A stretch of DNA of 47,378 bases. It comes from Candidatus Poseidoniaceae archaeon (GTDB lineage Archaea; Thermoplasmatota; Poseidoniia; Poseidoniales; Poseidoniaceae). The position numbers and the translations under genes were made by a program. Below the pieces are notes generated by a model. The model was not told the DNA's origin, did no database searches, and saw nothing but the letters and a program-made list of their open reading frames with translations. Positions 42,250 to 47,378 of this stretch are shown here, piece after piece; the stretch's first letter is position 1, and each line of letters opens with the position of its first letter. The stretch covers positions 5,505 to 52,882 of the forward strand of contig JAYPDK010000004.1 in the NCBI GenBank assembly GCA_038125145.1. The letters are read 5' to 3'.

Positions 42250-44091
42250 TCATCGCGCCCAGAAGTGATTCTCCTTCCTGTGGAGGCGCACGATTTCCTC
42301 AAGGATCTCTTGCTCCACTGCCGACAGTTCCACCTTTCGTAGGCGACGTGCGTGCGATTCTGGGACGTCGACAAGGAATTCATCCCCTTCGTCGATGTGC
42401 CTCCCAACGGTCGGTCCTTGGATGGCGCACGCCACTTCATCGCCTTGGTTGGCTTCCTTGACGTCCTCACTCGATCGGGTTCGCAGGGATTTCACCTGAC
42501 CGACCGGAGACCCATCGGGTCGCATGAGGCGCTGCCCTATGTGGACGCGCCCACCAATCACCCGGACGCCGATGATGGCTGGGTCCCGACCACGAAACGT
42601 GTGATCGGGGAGGTACAGCAGTCGACCGGGGTGGACAAGGTCTTCACGAGCCGCGGCTTCCATCGCCTCTTTGGTGGCGTCACGCCACGCTTCGGTCCGG
42701 TCGATGATGTGGTAGATGATGTCCCCGTGGACGAACTCCACCGGTGCATCGTCGCCTTCCAGTCTGTCTGCAACTTCTCGGTTCGGACCAACGGCGAAGG
42801 CCACAATCATGCGGTCGAGTGGGTCCTTCGCCGCCTCCGCCGTCATGATGTCACGCTTGTTCACTGGCCCAACGGTGGCCATTCGGATGGGGACGTCGAG
42901 TTGCGTGAGTTCGTACGCCAACGCCTCCAGTCCACCAATCGTGTCGGCCTTGATCACAATGCCTTCTTCTGCAAGGGCAATGTCCACGCGGCATTCTTGT
43001 TGGCAGGCTTCGAGTGCACGAGCGAGGCCTTCCTCACCCACCGCCAACCTCACGGTGCTTCCTGCCAGGGCCCGCTCCAGCCCTTGAGCCACAATTTTGA
43101 CGCCGCACGCCGCTTCAACCGAGTCGACGCTCTCCCACCGGTCGCCCGCATCCCGCATCTCAGCCATGCCTCGCGGGCGCTTGAGTCCCTTGATGCGGGT
43201 GGTTGAGGGGCCGTCCGAGGTGGCGAACACAATGGTGTCCCCGGTCGCGAGCACCCCACGTGAGAGGATGACGTCGATGGTCTTGCTCATTCCAACTTCG
43301 TCCTTCATCTCCAGAATCGTGCCCTCCGCATCACCAAGCGTGTCGGTTAACCGGTCCTCAAGGAAGCGCTCTGCAAGCCCAACCGTGACGGTGAGGAGGT
43401 CTTGCAAGCCTTCACCCTCCTTGGCCGACATGGGCACAAGCGCGACGTCCTGCCGGAAATCCTTGATTCGGTCGTAGCGCTCGAGGTTGAAACCGTGTTC
43501 AGCAAACATGCTGACGAGTTTCCAAAACCTGTCATCGAACAAGGCCTGAACGTCCTTTCGCTGCTCTCGGAAGGAAGCCGCAAACGATCGTCCCCGTTCC
43601 GACGTCCACCCGTGCAAGCGGTCGACCTTGTTTCCAGCCACCACGAAGGGTGTTCGCGTGCGTTTGAGGATCTCGAGGCTCTCGATGGTCTGCGGTTGCA
43701 GGCCTTCCATCACGTCGACGACGAGGATGGCGATGTCGGCCAACTGACCTCCGCGGGACCGAAGGGAGGTGAACGAGTGGTGGCCTGGCGTATCGATGAA
43801 GAGAAGGCCTGGTGATTTGAACGGCCGCCCCCCCATCATGGCGGAACACGTCTCGTTCAGCACGTCCGCGGGGACCTCCGTGGCACCGATGTGTTGCGTG
43901 ATGCCTCCTGCCTCGCGGTCCATCACCGAGGCTTGTCGGTCCACACCAATCGAGCGAACGAGGTCCAGCAGGCTGGTTTTTCCATGATCCACATGGCCGA
44001 GGACGCTTACAATCGGTTGACGGTTGTCGCCACGCAACGGCGCGTCCTCGCCTCCCTCATCGGAGGGCGTCGGGTCGGCCACGTTCGCCAC
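42250..44091 (-). CDS. infB: Translation initiation factor aIF5B (IF-2)
   Basis: RQPIVSVLGHVDHGKTSLLD, EAGGITQHIGAT, LFIDTPGH, NKVD and IKADTIGGLEAL. Confidence 0.98.
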   Translation of the reverse strand: MANVADPTPSDEGGEDAPLRGDNRQPIVSVLGHVDHGKTSLLDLVRSIGVDRQASVMDREAGGITQHIGATEVPADVLNETCSAMMGGRPFKSPGLLFIDTPGHHSFTSLRSRGGQLADIAILVVDVMEGLQPQTIESLEILKRTRTPFVVAGNKVDRLHGWTSERGRSFAASFREQRKDVQALFDDRFWKLVSMFAEHGFNLERYDRIKDFRQDVALVPMSAKEGEGLQDLLTVTVGLAERFLEDRLTDTLGDAEGTILEMKDEVGMSKTIDVILSRGVLATGDTIVFATSDGPSTTRIKGLKRPRGMAEMRDAGDRWESVDSVEAACGVKIVAQGLERALAGSTVRLAVGEEGLARALEACQQECRVDIALAEEGIVIKADTIGGLEALAYELTQLDVPIRMATVGPVNKRDIMTAEAAKDPLDRMIVAFAVGPNREVADRLEGDDAPVEFVHGDIIYHIIDRTEAWRDATKEAMEAAAREDLVHPGRLLYLPDHTFRGRDPAIIGVRVIGGRVHIGQRLMRPDGSPVGQVKSLRTRSSEDVKEANQGDEVACAIQGPTVGRHIDEGDEFLVDVPESHARRLRKVELSAVEQEILEEIVRLHRKENHFWAR

Positions 44092-44104
44092 CTCGCAGGT
44101 GGGG

Positions 44105-44560
44105 TCATTCGTAGACCCAGCGCTGTGCGTCCTGCGTCCACGTCATCGTTCCCTCTGGGAACCAAAGGGCGAGTTCGCTTGCAGCAGATTCCTCGGCGTC
44201 CGATCCGTGAATCATGTTGTAGCCCATGTCCATGCCGAAGTCGCCACGGATGGTGCCTGGTGCCGCTTCCCGTCCATTGGTGGATCCAATCAGTCGGCGT
44301 GCAACCGCGATCGCGTCGACACCTTGCCACGCCATGCAGATCACAGGTCCCGAGGTCACAAAGGAGATCAATCCCTCAAAGAAAGGGCGCTCAGCATGGA
44401 CTGCGTAATGGGCGCGGGCCGTGGCCTGGTCCGGCACAACGGCCTTCATTGCGACGAGTTGGAGCCCCTTACGCTCAAAGCGCCCAACGATGTCGCCAAC
44501 AAGGCCACGTTGGACGCCGTCGGGCTTGATCATGATGTAGGTCGTCTGCATGGTGTTCAC
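44105..44560 (-). CDS. ndk: Nucleoside diphosphate kinase
   Basis: [18 protein letters not shown] and NMIHGSD. Start is GTG 44560 or ATG 44551. Confidence 0.98.
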   Translation of the reverse strand: MNTMQTTYIMIKPDGVQRGLVGDIVGRFERKGLQLVAMKAVVPDQATARAHYAVHAERPFFEGLISFVTSGPVICMAWQGVDAIAVARRLIGSTNGREAAPGTIRGDFGMDMGYNMIHGSDAEESAASELALWFPEGTMTWTQDAQRWVYE

Positions 44561-44611
44561 CTGTTGGATTGTCCGGGCGCTCCTTCAAGAAGCATCCGTT
44601 CGGCCAAGGCC

Positions 44612-44803
44612 TCACTGGATGCCGCCCTTGACGTAGTGGCGCGTCCACTTGACGCGGCGCGCGTTGCGCTTCAGTTGGACCATGTTCTTCCTGGCCTTCG
44701 AATTCTTGAACCAGAGGATGCTCCCGTCACGGCGAACGTACATCGTTCCGGTCCCGGGTTCAATCTCGTCGCCAGAAAAGCTGCAGACACGTCGCTCGGG
44801 CAT
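44612..44803 (-). CDS. rpl24e: 50S ribosomal protein L24e (eL24)
   Basis: [21 protein letters not shown]...RRVKWT; conserved cluster position. Confidence 0.96.
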   Translation of the reverse strand: MPERRVCSFSGDEIEPGTGTMYVRRDGSILWFKNSKARKNMVQLKRNARRVKWTRHYVKGGIQ

Positions 44804-44808
44804 CACGT

Positions 44809-45033
44809 TCACCTCGCGTTGAGCTTGCGGGCTTCTCGCCCGGTGTCCTTCAGCATGAGGATGTCCCCAACCCTGACGGGGCCAAGCACGTTCCTCGTGA
44901 TGATTCGACCAACGTCGCGTGGGTTCGGTGCGTCGTTGACACGCACCTTCACCTGCGTGGCTTCACCGGTCATGCCGGTGCGTCCAACAACTTCGACGAC
45001 CTCCGCGGGCCATCCTCCGAGCTCTCCGCTCAT
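44809..45033 (-). CDS. rps28e: 30S ribosomal protein S28e (eS28)
   Basis: [22 protein letters not shown] and [19 protein letters not shown]. Confidence 0.97.
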   Translation of the reverse strand: MSGELGGWPAEVVEVVGRTGMTGEATQVKVRVNDAPNPRDVGRIITRNVLGPVRVGDILMLKDTGREARKLNAR

Positions 45034-45046
45034 CGAAATCACTCCT

Positions 45047-45418
45047 TCACGCCTTCAGGCCCTTGATCGTCTCAAGAACCTCGTCGAGCATTTCCTGGGC
45101 TGCCTTGGGGACCTCCATGAGGGCCAGGCTGGCCGCCTTGACACCGGGTTCCATGCCGGCTTCCTTGGCGAGGAATTCCTGCGAAGGGACGTAGCCGTAG
45201 GCAATGTCGTTGTCTTCGCAGATGAGGGGGATGTGGTTGACCAACTCGGGGGGGTTGACGTCCTCGGCAATCACGACGAACGCCGCGGTCTTCCGGAGGG
45301 CGACCTTGGTCACTTCGTTCGACCCACGCTTGATGCGGGCGCCGTTGCAGGCCTGCACCAGCTCGTAGATCTTGTTGCTCAGGTCTTCGGGGGTCTCGTA
45401 ACGGATGTGCACACTCAT
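45047..45418 (-). CDS. rpl7ae: 50S ribosomal protein L7Ae (eL8)
   Basis: [30 protein letters not shown] and YVPSQ..L. Confidence 0.96.
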   Translation of the reverse strand: MSVHIRYETPEDLSNKIYELVQACNGARIKRGSNEVTKVALRKTAAFVVIAEDVNPPELVNHIPLICEDNDIAYGYVPSQEFLAKEAGMEPGVKAASLALMEVPKAAQEMLDEVLETIKGLKA

Positions 45419-45436
45419 CGGATAGCCTCCTCGTGT
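45411..45436 (-). promoter_or_regulatory. Kink-turn in the rpl7ae leader covering the SD and start codon (L7Ae autoregulatory element)
   Basis: mRNA 5'-ACAC-GA-GGA-ggcua-UCC-GAU-GA-GUGU-3': C-stem GGA/UCC, 3-nt bulge GAU, tandem G.A pairs, NC-stem ACAC/GUGU. Confidence 0.85.
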
Positions 45437-45463
45437 TCGCAGGCCGAGCGCACAGTGGCGCGG

Positions 45464-45470
45464 ATATAAA
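45464..45470 (-). promoter_or_regulatory. Canonical TATA box TTTATAT of the rpl7ae operon
   Basis: About 27 nt upstream of the k-turn leader. Confidence 0.7.
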
Positions 45471-45484
45471 CGCACCGGAACGCT

Positions 45485-46435
45485 TCAGGAGGCATCGAGG
45501 TCGAGTTCATCGAGAACAGAACGGACACCGCGCGCTATGGCGGGGCCCCCTGGAATCACCGCCCGTCGGTTGGGTAGGCTGCTGGTGGCGTGCACGCCGT
45601 CGACATGGCTTGAGAGCCTGTTCACGGCCCCCCCTGTGAAGAGTCCATGGCTGCATGCGGCGTGCACGGCCACGGCTCCTTGGCTTCGCAAGGCGTCTGC
45701 AGCCTTGCAGATGGTCCCGCCAGTTGCGATCATATCGTCAACGATGGCCACAACGCGTCCCTCAACGTTGAGATCCTTCGCCTTGTGGACAATGGTGTGT
45801 GCATCGATACGGGTTTTCTCGAGGTACGAAAATCCACAGCCGATGGATTCTGCCACAGCGGAGGCCCTGTCAATGGCTCCTTTGTCCGGGGAGAGGATGA
45901 AATCAGGTCCGACCGTGTTTTGGAGGTGCATCGCCATCTCCGGCATCGCGGAGGCGAACGCGACGGGGACGTCGAGGTCGTTCAACACTGCAGGGGCATG
46001 AAGGTCAAGCACAACGAGCCCGTCGCAGTGGGCCGCGAGGAGCCGTCCAATGGCACGCGCTGAGATGGCCTCTCCTGGTTTGAACCGCTTGTCCTGACGG
46101 GCATAGCCAAAGTACGGGACAGCAAGGATCAGTCCTGGGCCCACAGAGCCTAGCCTCTGAGGCTCAATTCCGCGCAAATTTTCCATTCGACCCTCTCGAA
46201 TGTCGCGAAGCAGGTCCAGGAGAAGCAGGGTTTCGACAATCCCCGCATCAGGGAAGGTGTTCGAAACGACCACCACCGGCCCTTCGCGCACTGCAGCAAC
46301 GTGTTCTTCTGGCAAGCGAACGTATCCTTCCGTGTCGGGGAAGCGACGGGTTTCAGCGTGGACGTGCGTCCATCCTAAAGAAGCCGCAAGTTCATCGCCG
46401 ATGGTGCGGCCGCTGCTGCTTGAGACGACGACCAT
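45485..46435 (-). CDS. prs: Ribose-phosphate pyrophosphokinase
   Basis: RFPDTEGYVR, PYFGYARQDKRFKPGE, SPDKGA, EKTR, AIVDDMIATGGT and ACSHGLF. Confidence 0.96.
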   Translation of the reverse strand: MVVVSSSSGRTIGDELAASLGWTHVHAETRRFPDTEGYVRLPEEHVAAVREGPVVVVSNTFPDAGIVETLLLLDLLRDIREGRMENLRGIEPQRLGSVGPGLILAVPYFGYARQDKRFKPGEAISARAIGRLLAAHCDGLVVLDLHAPAVLNDLDVPVAFASAMPEMAMHLQNTVGPDFILSPDKGAIDRASAVAESIGCGFSYLEKTRIDAHTIVHKAKDLNVEGRVVAIVDDMIATGGTICKAADALRSQGAVAVHAACSHGLFTGGAVNRLSSHVDGVHATSSLPNRRAVIPGGPAIARGVRSVLDELDLDAS

Positions 46436-46489
46436 GTGGTTACGCCGTCGGGTCGACGCTTCAAGGCCTTTCCGCGTGAAGGTGGTGAG

Positions 46490-46563
46490 TGCGCGAGGCA
46501 GGACTCGAACCTGCGACCTCCCGGTTATCAGCCGGGTGCTCCAACCGACTAAGCTACCCGCGC
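46490..46563 (-). tRNA. tRNA-Ile(GAT)
   Basis: Reverse complement GCGCGGG...CCCGG-CT-GAT-AA-CCGGG...GTTCGAGTCC...CTCGCGC-A. Confidence 0.96.
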
Positions 46564-46612
46564 TTGGGCAAGCCGCCGACCTGCGCCGGCGTCATAAGAA
46601 TGACGGTGGACT

Positions 46613-47206
46613 TCACATGAATTCCGCGTCGTCCATCTCATTGAGTTGGATGAACGACGGAAGCTGAAGTGCTCGCTCAAAGGTCCGGCCAAGCACCACC
46701 TCGTCAAGGCGATCTCGCGTACGTGCGATGGCCGTGACCGGCAAACGGATGGTCGGTTCGAGATCGAACTCTTGTTGAATGCCACGTCGCAGCGTCACGA
46801 CGAAGCCCTTGTAGGTCCGCTTCACCTTGAGCAGTCCCGTGATGATGCCGACTTCTTTCCCTTGGTTGTCCAGGACCGCGCGGTCAAGCATTTCGTCAGG
46901 AGCATACAATTGCTCGTTGATGCGAACGGTGTTTCGCCACCTGCGCTGCAGTTCGCGCATGGACTTTGACAAGCGGACGGACCCGTCGTCGCCGATGCTG
47001 TGCACCAGTTCCTTCGGGAGCGGTGCTTCTTCGGCGGGCTTGCGCATGAATTCGTCTGCCACATCCGTTTCAACCTGAAGCCGCATGGAGCGGACCCGAG
47101 ATTCGTTCGGATGGTGGCGTTCACCGACGATCGTTCCTACCTTCGTGTCCTTGACGTACACGTCGCGCTGCATCAATTCATGGATGTTGAAGTCCGTGGT
47201 TCCCAT
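46613..47206 (-). CDS. Tandem PRC-barrel domain protein
   Basis: Two repeats of the PRC pattern: ELMQRDVYVKDTKVGTI...LPKELVHSIGD.GSVRL and EMLDRAVLDNQGKEVGII...LPVTAI...DEVVL. Confidence 0.72.
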   Translation of the reverse strand: MGTTDFNIHELMQRDVYVKDTKVGTIVGERHHPNESRVRSMRLQVETDVADEFMRKPAEEAPLPKELVHSIGDDGSVRLSKSMRELQRRWRNTVRINEQLYAPDEMLDRAVLDNQGKEVGIITGLLKVKRTYKGFVVTLRRGIQQEFDLEPTIRLPVTAIARTRDRLDEVVLGRTFERALQLPSFIQLNEMDDAEFM

Positions 47207-47239
47207 TCCCTTCCCTCGGAGGTGCTGTGAAGAAGGGGA

Positions 47240-47378
47240 TTCTTAATCCCTTCGACGCATAATCCCTGCTTCCAATTGCAAAAAGCAGAATTTAGGGTGG
47301 AATTCAATTGGAATATGCGGTCATACGACTGTCGTATAATCGTGAAATGTAATTGAGAGCAGCATACATTCGTTTCAT
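47240..47378. other. AT-rich non-coding region with nested inverted and direct repeats
   Basis: GC content drops sharply relative to the rest of the window. TTCCAATTG/CAATTGGAA, ATACGAC-T-GTCGTAT and TAATCCCT twice. Confidence 0.7.

Noticed and set aside
47250-47360. dif site for XerA (GACGCATAAT and GTCGTATAAT half-sites)
   Set aside because: Neither half-site is followed by a 6-bp spacer and an inverted TTAT arm.

Overview
This window is a high-GC archaeal chromosome segment. Gene content and protein style point to Marine Group II / Ca. Poseidoniales (inference). It is almost entirely coding: 41 complete CDS, one CDS truncated at the left edge, and three tRNAs (Leu-CAA, Leu-CAG, Ile-GAT). 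Core genes are an NSUN2/Trm4-like m5C methyltransferase, Sec61beta, XerA, eS8, SRP19, IlvE, PolB, EF-1alpha, uS10, GINS, the L7Ae-eS28-eL24-ndk-aIF5B cluster and Prs. Accessory genes include RimK-RCK_C, a fatty-acid desaturase, a P1B-ATPase, MoxR and several large surface or membrane proteins. No CRISPR array, rRNA, transposase or provirus was seen. The best candidate for an undescribed system is a pair of non-canonical partition-like modules. Module 1 is a membrane-anchored SAP-domain protein, a Soj-like ParA and a small partner carrying only a ParB-type N-terminal GRGL peptide. Module 2 is a second ParA, an RHH protein and a truncated, apparently catalytically dead PIN-like protein, with palindromes in both promoters. 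The two ParAs show complementary loss of the two Soj DNA-binding arginines. Other signals: all 41 complete genes end in TGA while one membrane-protein gene has a single in-frame TAG; a degenerate TT(C/G)AAG TATA-like box recurs 22-24 nt before leaderless starts; a complete k-turn buries the L7Ae SD and start codon; and the right end is an AT-rich, palindrome-dense region. All family calls come from motif recognition by eye, with no database search.
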